Part shown: piece by piece, positions 41,787 to 52,316 of the stretch
How the letters are laid out: each line of letters starts with the position of its first letter
Position numbering within the stretch: the stretch's first letter is position 1
Assembly: GCA_965243205.1 (NCBI GenBank)
Contig: CBDEUK010000002.1
Location: forward strand, 736,001 to 800,000
Reading direction: 5' to 3'
DNA from: Gammaproteobacteria bacterium
Lineage (GTDB): Bacteria > Pseudomonadota > Gammaproteobacteria > Eutrophobiales > Eutrophobiaceae
Length of the DNA stretch: 64,000 bases
Program-made: the position numbers and the translations under genes
The notes under the pieces: generated by a model
Seen by the model: only the letters and a program-made list of their open reading frames with translations
Told to the model about the DNA's origin: nothing
Database searches by the model: none

Positions 41787-43121
41787 TTAGAACTGTTCTT
41801 CTTCTGTAGAACCTTCTAATGCACGTACTGAAGACTGTCCACCTTGAATAACAGTAGTAACGTCATCAAAGTAACCTGCGCCAACTTCTTGTTGATGAGA
41901 TACGAAGGTGTAACCACGTTCGCGAGCTGCAAATTCTGGCTCTTGAACCATTTCGGTGTAGTGCTTCATACCTTCGCCACGAGCATAGTTGTATGCGAAG
42001 TCGAAAGTGCGATACCACATAGCATGGATACCCGCTAATGTAATGAATTGGAATTTATAACCAAGTGCTGACAAATCTTCTTGGAAAGAAGCGATTTGTT
42101 TGTCATCAAGGTTTTTCTTCCAGTTGAAAGAAGGTGAACAGTTATACGCTAATAATTGTCCTGGGCATTCTGCTTGAACAGCTTCAGCGAATTCACGTGC
42201 AAAACCAATATCAGGTGTACCTGTTTCACACCAAACTAAATCAGCATATGGAGCATAAGCAACACCACGGCTAATCGCTTGCTCTAAACCATTTTTCACA
42301 CGGTAGAAACCTTCATTAGTACGTTCGCCAGTTAAGAAAGGTTTGTCGTTATCATCAAAATCAGATGTCACTAAGTTAGCTGCTTCTGCATCGGTACGAG
42401 CAAGAACGATAGTAGGAACACCCATAACGTCAGACGCTAAACGAGCTGCGATTAATTTTTGAACCGCTTCTTGAGTAGGCACTAATACTTTACCACCCAT
42501 GTGACCACATTTTTTAACAGCCGCTAATTGATCTTCAAAGTGAGCACCAGCAGCACCGTTTTGAATCATGTTTTTCATTAATTCGTATGCATTTAAAACA
42601 CCACCAAAACCTGCTTCCGCATCCGCAACGATTGGTAAGAAATAATCGATTGCTTCATCTTCTGACATTTTGCCATCAGCAATATTTTTCCATTGGATTT
42701 CATCAGCACGTCTGAAAGTGTTATTAATACGACGAACCATAGTAGGTACTGAATCGTATGCATATAAAGATTGATCAGGATACATTGTCTCTGAAGTGTT
42801 ACCGTCAGCAGCTACCTGCCAACCAGATAAGTAAACAGCTTCTAAGCCTGCTTTCGCTTGTTGCATCGCTTGACCAGCAGTGATTGCACCGAATGCATTC
42901 ACATAACCTTTAGTCGCAGTACCATTCACTTTTTCCCAAAGTTTTTCAGCACCGTTTTTGGCTAGAGTATGTTCAGGTTGAACACTACCGCGAAGACGAA
43001 CCACATCTTCTGCTGAATAACCGCGTTTTACATTTGCCCAACGTGGGTTTTCCGCCCAATCTTTTTCCAGTTGTTTAACTTGATCTTCTCTTTTCACAGG
43101 GATGTCCTCCAGAGTTTGCAA
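41787..43121 (-). CDS. aceA: Isocitrate lyase
   Basis: [42 protein letters not shown]. Confidence 0.98.
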   Translation of the reverse strand: MQTLEDIPVKREDQVKQLEKDWAENPRWANVKRGYSAEDVVRLRGSVQPEHTLAKNGAEKLWEKVNGTATKGYVNAFGAITAGQAMQQAKAGLEAVYLSGWQVAADGNTSETMYPDQSLYAYDSVPTMVRRINNTFRRADEIQWKNIADGKMSEDEAIDYFLPIVADAEAGFGGVLNAYELMKNMIQNGAAGAHFEDQLAAVKKCGHMGGKVLVPTQEAVQKLIAARLASDVMGVPTIVLARTDAEAANLVTSDFDDNDKPFLTGERTNEGFYRVKNGLEQAISRGVAYAPYADLVWCETGTPDIGFAREFAEAVQAECPGQLLAYNCSPSFNWKKNLDDKQIASFQEDLSALGYKFQFITLAGIHAMWYRTFDFAYNYARGEGMKHYTEMVQEPEFAARERGYTFVSHQQEVGAGYFDDVTTVIQGGQSSVRALEGSTEEEQF

Positions 43122-43311
43122 GAGTGAGTTGTAATAAATCGTTTACGCCTTTGCTCAATATTTCCAGCCACATCAAAAGACTAGTTCAAATATCGGACAT
43201 GGCGCCCTTAAATTTAGGAGTGTGAAAAATAGTGAGATATCTACTATTTATCAAGCTAATTATGTTAATAATAAGTATTAATTAATTTAATAATAAAGCT
43301 ATAATTCAATT

Positions 43312-44241
43312 ATGGACCGCTTCTACTATAAACAAAATCGTATCAAGCAATTACGAGCTTTTTGCTCCACTGCACAATTGAAAAACATGTCCAAAGCAGC
43401 TGAGCAAATGTTCCTAAGTCAGCCCAGTATTTCTCTTTTAATTCAATCACTTGAGAAAGATATGGGGCATACGTTATTTACTCGTCAAGGACCAAAAATT
43501 CAACTCACTACTGAAGGCGAAACCTTATTTGAATTAGCCCTACCATTGGTTGAAGGACTGGAAACCTTGGGCGAAACCTTTGAAGAAAAGTGTAAAAATT
43601 TGATTACGGGGAAATTAAATATCGCAGCGGTTGAGGCAATTATTTTATATATCTTGCCAGATATTATTGAACGCTATAACGATTCCTTCCCAGATATTCA
43701 GATCAAACTCGATAACTGTTCGGCCGCTGTTGGAGTAGAAAAAGTTCGTAATGGTGAAGTTGATTTTGCGATTGGTTCAACGCTGAGCGTGCCGTCGGAC
43801 GTTGTTTACCTGCCGATTTATACCTTTAACCCTGTATTGATCACGCCAATTGGTCATCCGCTAATCCACAATAAACAAGTTCGAATGCATGATATCAGTA
43901 AATATGGCCTGATCTTATCGCCACAACATATGTCGACCTGGCAAATGGTGGATTTGGTATTTAAACAAAATCATGTGGATTACAAAGTAAACCTGGAAGC
44001 TGGCGGTTGGGAAGTTCTTAAAAAATACGTCGAACATGGGCTTGGTATCTCGATCGTCACCGATATTTGCTTATCTGGTGATGAAAAGCTCGAACGAATA
44101 CCACTCTCTGAATACTTCCCCAAACGAACCTATGGCCTATTCTTACGCAAAGGCAAAGTATTATCGCCTGCTGCCAGAGAATTCATACAATGTGTCGATG
44201 TTCAAGCTTTGGGTAAATTTCAGCAATTGGATGCTAACTGA
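43312..44241 (+). CDS. LysR-family regulator divergent from aceA
   Basis: N-terminal HTH (SKAAEQMFLSQPSIS..I..LE), substrate-binding domain; AT-rich shared intergenic region. Confidence 0.93.
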   Translation: MDRFYYKQNRIKQLRAFCSTAQLKNMSKAAEQMFLSQPSISLLIQSLEKDMGHTLFTRQGPKIQLTTEGETLFELALPLVEGLETLGETFEEKCKNLITGKLNIAAVEAIILYILPDIIERYNDSFPDIQIKLDNCSAAVGVEKVRNGEVDFAIGSTLSVPSDVVYLPIYTFNPVLITPIGHPLIHNKQVRMHDISKYGLILSPQHMSTWQMVDLVFKQNHVDYKVNLEAGGWEVLKKYVEHGLGISIVTDICLSGDEKLERIPLSEYFPKRTYGLFLRKGKVLSPAAREFIQCVDVQALGKFQQLDAN

Positions 44242-44376
44242 GCCTTGATATTCAGGCCAACCGCCTCCATAGTAGATATCAGATTGGCACAAAGCCTGCG
44301 TTCAAAAAAAGAACTTGAAACAACACCTTACAAGGTATAATTATTAGCATTAGGTAGTAGAAATAAAGGTAGGGTC

Positions 44377-44703
44377 ATGTCTGGAGACAATGACAATCAA
44401 CATGATTATGAAGACGGTTTAGTCGTACAAGAAGACGAACCGAAACTTAAACAGCCTCCGCTGTATCGAGTCATTCTTTTGAATGATGATTACACTCCGA
44501 TGGATTTTGTTGTGTACATTTTGGAAACCTTTTTTTCCATGGACAGACAAAACGCAACACACGTAATGCTTGAAGTACATACCAAAGGTAAGGGCATCTG
44601 TGGCATGTTTCCATATGATGTTGCGGAAGCCAAAGTGTCTCAAGTCAATAGTTTCTCTCGCGAGAACCAACACCCATTGCTTTGTACAATGGAAAAAGAT
44701 TAG
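44377..44703 (+). CDS. clpS: ATP-dependent Clp protease adaptor ClpS
   Basis: [33 protein letters not shown]. Confidence 0.98.
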   Translation: MSGDNDNQHDYEDGLVVQEDEPKLKQPPLYRVILLNDDYTPMDFVVYILETFFSMDRQNATHVMLEVHTKGKGICGMFPYDVAEAKVSQVNSFSRENQHPLLCTMEKD

Positions 44704-44718
44704 AGGTAATTCATCACA

Positions 44719-47004
44719 ATGTTAGATAGAGAACTTGAACAAACTTTAAATGAAGCGTTTGCCCGAGCCAGAGATCAACGTCATGAATTCATTACCGTTG
44801 AACATTTATTATTCGCGTTATTAGAAAATTCATCTGCAGTTCAAGTTTTAAAATCCTGTGGTGCGGATATCAATATTTTACATACCGACTTAGAACAATT
44901 TATTGATTCAAACTCACCTAAGCTAGCTGACGATGATGATCGCGATACACAACCTACACTTGGTTTTCAACGAGTTTTACAACGCGCGGTTTTTCACGTG
45001 CAATCATCTGGTAAGAAAGAAGTCACTGGCGCAAATGTTTTGGTTGCTATCTTTGGCGAACGTGAGTCACATGCCGCTTTCTTTTTAAATCAACAAAACA
45101 TTGCGCGCTTAGATGTTGTGAATTTTATTTCACATGGTATTAGTAAAATCTTAGATGAAGATACCGCTGAACATGAAATTCAAACGGGTGAAACAACTGC
45201 TGCTGAAGCAGAAGAACAATCGACTAACCCTCTAGATAATTTCACTGTTAACTTAAATCAATTAGCAAAGAATGGAAAAATCGATCCACTTATTGGTCGA
45301 GAAACTGAATTAAAACGTACCATACAAATTTTATGTCGCCGTCGTAAAAATAATCCTTTGTATGTTGGTGAAGCTGGTGTTGGTAAAACCGCTATCGCAG
45401 AAGGCTTAGCCAAACAAATCGTTGATGGAGATGTACCTGAAGTTTTAAAAGATGCGACCATTTATTCATTAGACATGGGTGCTTTGTTAGCCGGCACTAA
45501 ATACCGTGGTGATTTTGAAAAACGTTTGAAAGCAATTATTAATCAATTACAAAAAACACCAGATGCAGTTTTATTCATCGACGAAATTCATACCATCATT
45601 GGTGCTGGTGCGGCTTCTGGTGGAGTAATGGATGCATCGAATTTAATTAAACCTGTTTTAGCTTCTGGCGATTTAAAGTGCATCGGCTCAACAACCTATC
45701 AAGAATTCCGTGGCATCTTTGAAAAAGATCGTGCCTTAGCCCGACGCTTTCAAAAGATCGATGTAAATGAACCCAGCATTGATGAAACAACCGCAATCTT
45801 ACAAGGCCTTAAATCACGCTTTGAAGAACATCATGATATTAAATATACGAATGAAGCTTTACGCGCTGCGGTTGAATTAACCGAACGTTATATTTCCGAT
45901 CGACATCTTCCTGATAAAGCCATCGACTTAATTGATGAAGCTGGTGCATCACAACGTCTATTGCCAGAAGACTTACGTAAAAAAGTGATTGATGTTGAAG
46001 ATATTGAGAACATTCTTGCTGTTATTGCACGCATACCACCAAAAACGGTTTCTACTTCAGATAAAGATGTCATGAAGAATTTAGAACGCAATTTAAAAAT
46101 GGTGGTATTCGGTCAAGACCAAGCTATTGAATCCATGGCAACGGCGATTAAGATGTCACGTTCTGGTTTAGGCGAACCTGAAAAACCAATTGCATCATTC
46201 TTATTTGCTGGCCCTACTGGTGTCGGTAAAACCGAAGTCTCTAGACAACTGGCTAAGATCATGGGCATCGAGTTGATTCGTTTTGACATGTCTGAATACA
46301 TGGAACGCCACACCGTTTCACGATTAATCGGTGCACCTCCTGGTTATGTCGGTTTTGATCAAGGTGGTTTATTAACCGACGCGATTAATAAAAATCCTCA
46401 CGCAGTTTTATTACTCGATGAAATTGAAAAAGCACACCCTGATGTTTTCAACTTGTTATTGCAAGTAATGGATCATGGTACGTTAACCGATTCCAATGGT
46501 CGCAAATCTGATTTCCGTAACGTTGTGATCATCATGACAACAAATGCGGGGGCGGATCAAATCAGTCGTGCATCAATTGGTTTTGCGCAACAAGATCACT
46601 CTGGTGATTCATCTGAAGTCATTAAACGAACCTTCAGCCCTGAATTCCGCAATCGTTTAGATGCCATTGTTAACTTTGGTCCGTTAGATGAACGCACTAT
46701 TACTTCCATTGTTGATAAATTCATTATCGAACTTGAAACTCAGTTACATGATAAAAATGTTGATATTGAAGTCGATGATGCCGCACGTAAATGGTTAGCT
46801 ATTCATGGCTATGATAAAATCATGGGTGCAAGACCAATGAGCAGGTTGATTCAAGATAAAATCAAACGTCCATTAGCTGAAGAACTATTATTTGGTAATT
46901 TAGAAAACGGCGGACATGTTTACGTTACTGTTGTGAATGATGAACTGAGCTTAGATGTTCTCGCTAAAACCGATAACGAATCAGAAGAAACTGTTAAACA
47001 ATAA
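44719..47004 (+). CDS. clpA: ATP-dependent Clp protease ATP-binding subunit ClpA
   Basis: [29 protein letters not shown] loop; follows clpS. Confidence 0.98.
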   Translation: MLDRELEQTLNEAFARARDQRHEFITVEHLLFALLENSSAVQVLKSCGADINILHTDLEQFIDSNSPKLADDDDRDTQPTLGFQRVLQRAVFHVQSSGKKEVTGANVLVAIFGERESHAAFFLNQQNIARLDVVNFISHGISKILDEDTAEHEIQTGETTAAEAEEQSTNPLDNFTVNLNQLAKNGKIDPLIGRETELKRTIQILCRRRKNNPLYVGEAGVGKTAIAEGLAKQIVDGDVPEVLKDATIYSLDMGALLAGTKYRGDFEKRLKAIINQLQKTPDAVLFIDEIHTIIGAGAASGGVMDASNLIKPVLASGDLKCIGSTTYQEFRGIFEKDRALARRFQKIDVNEPSIDETTAILQGLKSRFEEHHDIKYTNEALRAAVELTERYISDRHLPDKAIDLIDEAGASQRLLPEDLRKKVIDVEDIENILAVIARIPPKTVSTSDKDVMKNLERNLKMVVFGQDQAIESMATAIKMSRSGLGEPEKPIASFLFAGPTGVGKTEVSRQLAKIMGIELIRFDMSEYMERHTVSRLIGAPPGYVGFDQGGLLTDAINKNPHAVLLLDEIEKAHPDVFNLLLQVMDHGTLTDSNGRKSDFRNVVIIMTTNAGADQISRASIGFAQQDHSGDSSEVIKRTFSPEFRNRLDAIVNFGPLDERTITSIVDKFIIELETQLHDKNVDIEVDDAARKWLAIHGYDKIMGARPMSRLIQDKIKRPLAEELLFGNLENGGHVYVTVVNDELSLDVLAKTDNESEETVKQ

Positions 47005-47024
47005 TAAGCCTGAATATTAAACAT

Positions 47025-47056
47025 AAAAAAAGCGGCGTTATTTACGCCGCTTTTTT
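47025..47056. terminator. Bidirectional intrinsic terminator
   Basis: AAAAAAAGCGGCGT-TATTT-ACGCCGCTTTTTT between convergent genes. Confidence 0.9.
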
Positions 47057-47091
47057 GTTAATAACTTAACTAAGTTAAGCTGAATACTTAA

Positions 47092-47847
47092 TTAGCTTTG
47101 CTTACGCGCTCTTGGTAATAATAAACCAATTGCAGAAGCAAATAACCAAACACCAGCAGGAATAGGCACTACTTGCGCGTTGAACGCTTCAACCCCTTCT
47201 TCGAAAGCTAATTCACCTAAACCATTGTTGAAGAATAATCCAAAAGTAATTGAATCAGTAATACCAGCTTGATCAGTGGTGAGAGACATTAGAATTCCAT
47301 ACGCACCTAAAACGCCATTAAATAACTCAAAGTCTAAGTGATTATGAATCAGACCTAAGCCATCAGCCTGTCCAAGAATATTTTCTAAACCGCCAGAAAA
47401 GCTAGCAAGATCAGTAGTCGTACTACCATCAATGACTGATACATCAGCAGGTCCTTGAACATCAGAAATAGAAATACTCGCTGAACCTACTGATTCAAAA
47501 GAATCTCCGTCCCAATATTGCAATGGTCCTAACACATTAAAACCGACGAATGTTCCAGGTGTAGCTGCACCAAATCCATTTTCTGCAAAAAATTCATCGC
47601 TATTAAAGCCAGGATCATCTGTTTCTGTAAATGGAGCTGCTTCAAGAAAATCCGCTTCAAATACAAAACCCTCAGCCGAAGGCTCAATTTCAATAGTGCC
47701 GCCAACAAACCCAAACTCTACATCACTGTGAACTTCAGTCGCATACACATTTGTAACACTCAAAAATCCAGAAATACTGATCGCAATCACTGATGACCAT
47801 TTTCTTGAATTTTCCCCTTTGAAATTCAATAAACTGTTTAAAAACAT
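47092..47847 (-). CDS. His-motif surface protein with VPIPA/PEP-CTERM sorting signal (putative zinc-binding)
   Basis: Signal peptide (VYA), HSDVEFG, TDDPGF, LQYWDG, HNHLDF, C-terminal VVPIPAGVWLF-TM-RARKQS. Confidence 0.85.
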   Translation of the reverse strand: MFLNSLLNFKGENSRKWSSVIAISISGFLSVTNVYATEVHSDVEFGFVGGTIEIEPSAEGFVFEADFLEAAPFTETDDPGFNSDEFFAENGFGAATPGTFVGFNVLGPLQYWDGDSFESVGSASISISDVQGPADVSVIDGSTTTDLASFSGGLENILGQADGLGLIHNHLDFELFNGVLGAYGILMSLTTDQAGITDSITFGLFFNNGLGELAFEEGVEAFNAQVVPIPAGVWLFASAIGLLLPRARKQS

Positions 47848-47943
47848 AATAACTAAAACCTCCCAATAACAATAATTTACATGCTTTTATTAAGATATCT
47901 TCATAGATTTTTTTGAGAAAACTACCCTGAAAATATATAATTT

Positions 47944-47983
47944 ATAACGTTATATCATAACAAATGTTATGTTATAACATTTC
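47944..47983. promoter_or_regulatory. Two overlapping Zur boxes in a divergent promoter
   Basis: CAAATGTTATGTTATAACATTTC (47961-47983) has 2 mismatches to GAAATGTTATA-N-TATAACATTTC; second weaker box ATAACGTTATATCATAACAAATG (47944-47966). Confidence 0.85.
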
Positions 47984-48037
47984 TAAGTTATATTAAATAC
48001 AATAAGCCCAATATTTTTTAAAAATCACATTTTTTAT

Positions 48038-50530
48038 TTGTTTCGTATGTCTATGGAAAACATAGTAAAAGCTGCTTCTGTTAATGGCGTTAGGTTGTTA
48101 TTGTGCTTTTGCACATTTAACAGCTTATATGCTCAAGATATGCGCGTTCCTAGAAAGCAACTGCCTGCGAAACCATCCATTGAAAATCAATCACTTAATC
48201 TAATTTCAATTCAATCCATGAATATCGAGACCGAATTACTCGCTGATTTTCTAAAAAGAGGTAATTTAGTAGCAGATGCTGGAGACGTTCAAAATAATTT
48301 AGTAGTGGATGACATTATTTTTTCAGATGAATATGACGATTCCGAAATCGATCCATCTTTGTATGAAGAAGAAAATCTCAAACAAGAACCTGTTGAAACG
48401 GTTCAACAAAATAATATAGAAACTGTAGAGACAGAGCCTGTAGAAACTGAAAACATCCTGGAAGTTGATGATGTTCTAGTAACAGGTGAAAAGGAAGGGT
48501 CTCCAGTCGAACCTATATCCACTTTAGAAGGCGATGAATTAACAAAAGAGCTTGGTTCCACATTGGGCGAAACCTTGCAAAACCAGGCAGGTGTACATAA
48601 TGCGACGTTTGGTCCTGGCGTTGGAATGCCTGTTATCAGAGGCATGACAGGTTCTAGAATTCAAATCCTGCAAGGATCAATGGGAAATTACGATGCATCC
48701 TCTGTCAGTCCTGATCATGCTGTCACTATAGAACCATTGCTTGCTAAAGAAATTAAAATTCTTCGAGGCCCAGATACTTTACGTTACAGTGGTAATGCAA
48801 TGGGCGGTGCCATTGATGTGAAAACCGCACGCATTCCAGATTGGTTTCCAGAAAATGGAATTGAAGCTGCGTATGAAACTCGCTATGACACAAATTCAGA
48901 ATTATTTGCAAACGTTTTTAAAATCGATGCTGGTAAAGGACCACTGGTTGTACACCTTGATGGTTACGAACGCAGTTCAAATAATATTGAAATCCCAGGC
49001 AATGCACTCAAAGAAGATGCTGTACTCGAGCAATTTGGCAACCTTGTTGAATTTGATAATACTAATGGAGAAGTACTTAACTCAGACACCGAAAGTACAG
49101 GCTATTCAATTGGCTCATCATTAGTTTTTGAAAAAGGCTTTATTGGAGCAGCGGTTAATATAATCGATAACAATTATGGAATACCGCCCGGTGGTATCCC
49201 ACCTCATAACGATGATCCAACAATAACTGAAGTAACACCCGAGAATCTACGCATTGATATGGAACAAACTCGTTGGGACGTTCATGCTGAAATTTATGAT
49301 GTGATACTAGGCATAGATAGTATCTCTTTTAAAGTAGCCAATATCGATTATGCACATGATGAAGTAGCCAGAGGTGTTCCAGTAACTTCTTTTAATAGTA
49401 AAGCCACTGAAGTACGTATGGAAATGGAATATTCATATAATGAGAATTGGAAAGGTAATGTCGGTTATCAATGGTCCGAACAAGATTGGACAGATCCTGA
49501 TTTTGGCGCAACAGGGACAGAATCCTTTCTTATACCTTCAGATATTATAAAGAACAGTTTCTTTTTTATTCAATCTGCTGATTTTGAAAAATTAAATATC
49601 AAAGCTGGATTTCGTCGTGAATCACAATTGATTCGATCGGATATAGAAAGCGCCGTCGTATTTAATAGTCCACCTGCCATTCCTATCCCACAAAAATATC
49701 ATCATAAATCTAATTCTGGTTCTATTGCGGCTCAATATAATTTTACCGAACAATTAAGTTTCAGAATGTCATTAACGAAATCTGAGCGGACACCCGCTGT
49801 TCAGGAACTGTTATCTCTGGGTCCGCATTTTGCGACTCGAACCTATGAAATATTTAACCTATTTTTAGTTAATGAAACTTCATCTAATATTGATCTCGGA
49901 CTAGCTTTCCAGAATAAACATCTAGATTTTGCTATTAATCTTTTTCATAACGATATAGAAAATTATATTTACTTAGAAAGGTTAAGCGGCGGTTTAGCTT
50001 TTTATGATATTGAGGCAAGACGACCTCAAGGAAACTGTGTTCAATTATCAGGTTGTTTACTCACGTATGGATATCAACAACAAGATGCCAATTTTTTTGG
50101 TTATGAAACAGAACTTAAGCTACGTGCTCCAAAACTTTACAACATTGAAACAGAATTTGGAATTTTTTCAGATTATGTGCGTGGTTTTTTCGATAAAGAT
50201 AATGCAGCAGGTGATGTACCACGTTTACCGCCAAGACGAGCAGGCTTATTTATGAATAACTCATGGCGCTCTTTTGATTTCAACATCCGTTGGACACATG
50301 GGTTTGCACAGCATCGTGCTGGATTAGAAGAAACAAAAACTGATAGTTATGAACGACTCGATCTTGGACTGAGTTTTAATAAGTTATTAAACCTCGGTAA
50401 TGAGATTATGTTTTTTCTTAAAGCGAAAAATTTAACCGATGCTGAAATCAGACATTCAACATCTTTTCTAAGAAATTTCACTCCTGAACCAGGCCGCTCA
50501 TTAGAACTCGGCTTGCGTTGGAGTTTTTAG
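48038..50530 (+). CDS. TonB-dependent receptor, ZnuD-like
   Basis: TonB-box-like DVLVTG, plug TLGETL...FGPG...PVIRG...SPDHAV...LRGP.TL.Y, VPRLPP, IRHSTSFLR...PGRS, terminal Phe; exact start uncertain (48038/48047/48053). Confidence 0.92.
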   Translation: MFRMSMENIVKAASVNGVRLLLCFCTFNSLYAQDMRVPRKQLPAKPSIENQSLNLISIQSMNIETELLADFLKRGNLVADAGDVQNNLVVDDIIFSDEYDDSEIDPSLYEEENLKQEPVETVQQNNIETVETEPVETENILEVDDVLVTGEKEGSPVEPISTLEGDELTKELGSTLGETLQNQAGVHNATFGPGVGMPVIRGMTGSRIQILQGSMGNYDASSVSPDHAVTIEPLLAKEIKILRGPDTLRYSGNAMGGAIDVKTARIPDWFPENGIEAAYETRYDTNSELFANVFKIDAGKGPLVVHLDGYERSSNNIEIPGNALKEDAVLEQFGNLVEFDNTNGEVLNSDTESTGYSIGSSLVFEKGFIGAAVNIIDNNYGIPPGGIPPHNDDPTITEVTPENLRIDMEQTRWDVHAEIYDVILGIDSISFKVANIDYAHDEVARGVPVTSFNSKATEVRMEMEYSYNENWKGNVGYQWSEQDWTDPDFGATGTESFLIPSDIIKNSFFFIQSADFEKLNIKAGFRRESQLIRSDIESAVVFNSPPAIPIPQKYHHKSNSGSIAAQYNFTEQLSFRMSLTKSERTPAVQELLSLGPHFATRTYEIFNLFLVNETSSNIDLGLAFQNKHLDFAINLFHNDIENYIYLERLSGGLAFYDIEARRPQGNCVQLSGCLLTYGYQQQDANFFGYETELKLRAPKLYNIETEFGIFSDYVRGFFDKDNAAGDVPRLPPRRAGLFMNNSWRSFDFNIRWTHGFAQHRAGLEETKTDSYERLDLGLSFNKLLNLGNEIMFFLKAKNLTDAEIRHSTSFLRNFTPEPGRSLELGLRWSF

Positions 50531-50573
50531 CAATTTTTTTATATTGATATTTATATTTGTAGGGGAAATACCA

Positions 50574-51425
50574 ATGTTACGTTTAATGGTTTTTTTATCT
50601 GGCTGCTTGTTCTCAATGACTACAATGGCCGTGCATCTGGATGTCGCAGTATCAAACGATGGCGGAAAAATAAAAACGGATTTTTGTCTAGCAGGTGGAC
50701 CTGCATGTGATCAGCTTCCAGTTCTAGACTTTCTAGGTATTCCACCCTTAACTGCACCTGTCGACTTAGAAACAGGCAAAAATATTTTTATATCAGATTT
50801 TGATGATTTTGAAGGTGGTCCAAATGGTGTTGATGATCCCGGTTTTATTTCTGGTGCTAACCAACTGCCTGCTACTACTAAACTCAGTTATACAGCCGTA
50901 GGTCAATTACAATATTGGGATCCTGCAACGGGTGAATGGGGTAATACAGTTCCAGGAACAACTCGCATAGAATTATTTGGTGGCACTGAAAGTTTGATCA
51001 TAACTGACCCTGTTATTTGCGGCGGTCTTCCATTTTGTATTATTGAACAAGCAACCAGCACTTTATTTTCTGAATCTGGTATCAGTGGTGCACCTGTATT
51101 AGCAGTTGGAGATACTGATGCAACAGGCCAACTTCATGTACACCTCGATTGGTTTATTGAAGATAGTAACGATAATCCTGGCGGTCCAAATGGTGCCTAT
51201 ATGGTTGAGATGCATATGACGGCTCCTGGACTTACTGACAGCGATCCATTTTTTGTAATGTTTGCTAAAGGATTAACTACAGAACAATTTGGTGAAGCAC
51301 TTGCCGATAGAATCGTAGCTCCAGAAACACAAGTTCCAATGCCTACCGTTTATATTTTTATTCTGATGCTTTTATTACCAATGATTGCTACAAAATATTT
51401 AAAACTAGGTAATGCTAAATATTAG
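50574..51425 (+). CDS. Second His-motif surface protein with VPxP-TM-basic C-terminal sorting signal
   Basis: ATG 50574 with AGGGG SD, signal peptide, HLDVAV, VDDPGF, LQYWDP, HVHLDW, two Cys pairs, C-terminal QVPMP-TM-KYLK. Confidence 0.82.
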   Translation: MLRLMVFLSGCLFSMTTMAVHLDVAVSNDGGKIKTDFCLAGGPACDQLPVLDFLGIPPLTAPVDLETGKNIFISDFDDFEGGPNGVDDPGFISGANQLPATTKLSYTAVGQLQYWDPATGEWGNTVPGTTRIELFGGTESLIITDPVICGGLPFCIIEQATSTLFSESGISGAPVLAVGDTDATGQLHVHLDWFIEDSNDNPGGPNGAYMVEMHMTAPGLTDSDPFFVMFAKGLTTEQFGEALADRIVAPETQVPMPTVYIFILMLLLPMIATKYLKLGNAKY

Positions 51426-51527
51426 ATTTATTAATTCTGAGTAACACCGTTGATAACTTTAGGTCGGGTTTTGCCCGACCATATTTATCAATTTAAACAA
51501 GCTTGCCATACACACCAATAAGTTTTA

Positions 51528-52316
51528 TTACGCTGCTTGTTCTTCTGACTTTTCTTCAGATGAATCGGAAGCTTCTTCATCACCCAAGATTTCATTCATA
51601 AGTTCATCTGCAATATCATCTGACTCTGCTTCTTCATTAGTAGAAGCATCATCTTCTGATATATCCACAACGTCGCCTTCTTCTTCAACTTCGCTTTCAT
51701 CAACGTTACTAACTTCAGCAGATTCTGCCTCTTCTGATGTTTCAGACTCTGCTGAATTATCAGATGAGTCACTTTCATCTGCATTTGTCATCATGTTGGT
51801 ATATTCACTCATAAGAACATCCATTTCTTCAGATGTCGATTTCAATTTAGTCTCTAAATTTTCTTTTTCTTCTGATAATGACTCGTTTTCTTTTTCTAAT
51901 CTTTCTTGAGCTTCTGTATCAACTAAACCTTCACCACTTTCTCTACCGAGCACCATTGCAGAATTAATTAAACCTGAGACCGAATCTCCTAGTGGGGTAA
52001 TATCATCAAGGCTTTGTGTACGTATCGCTTTAATCATGTCTTTAAAGAGTTGATTTTGCCCTTCGACTAAACCTTGTAAACCTTTTTTTATCGCTTCTGG
52101 ATCAGTTAATCCAGGTTGCAATATTATCTCAGCCATTTTCTTTTTGTTATCTTCGCCTTTTTCTTTTATGTCTTTAATTAAGGCATTAAGCGCTTTTACA
52201 GCTTTATTGTTCTTTCTTTTCAGAGCAAATAACAAACAAACATTCACAAACAGAAGAAAACCAATAATTTCTAAAGAAAGAATTAATAATGCAGGATTAT
52301 TCATATATTCAATCAT
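51528..52316 (-). CDS. Membrane-anchored coiled-coil protein with very acidic C-terminal tail
   Basis: N-terminal TM followed by KRK, heptad region LEKENESLSEEKENLE, Asp/Glu-rich tail; ATGA-coupled to upstream gene. Confidence 0.8.
   Translation of the reverse strand: MIEYMNNPALLILSLEIIGFLLFVNVCLLFALKRKNNKAVKALNALIKDIKEKGEDNKKKMAEIILQPGLTDPEAIKKGLQGLVEGQNQLFKDMIKAIRTQSLDDITPLGDSVSGLINSAMVLGRESGEGLVDTEAQERLEKENESLSEEKENLETKLKSTSEEMDVLMSEYTNMMTNADESDSSDNSAESETSEEAESAEVSNVDESEVEEEGDVVDISEDDASTNEEAESDDIADELMNEILGDEEASDSSEEKSEEQAA

Noticed and set aside
47944-47983. Fur box interpretation of the palindrome
   Set aside because: Matches the Zur consensus far better than GATAATGATAATCATTATC, and the adjacent receptor is ZnuD-like.
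51459-51480. TTAGGTCGGG-TTTTG-CCCGACC palindrome resembling a REP element
   Set aside because: Single copy in the window and no RAYT gene; simplest reading is a terminator between convergent genes.
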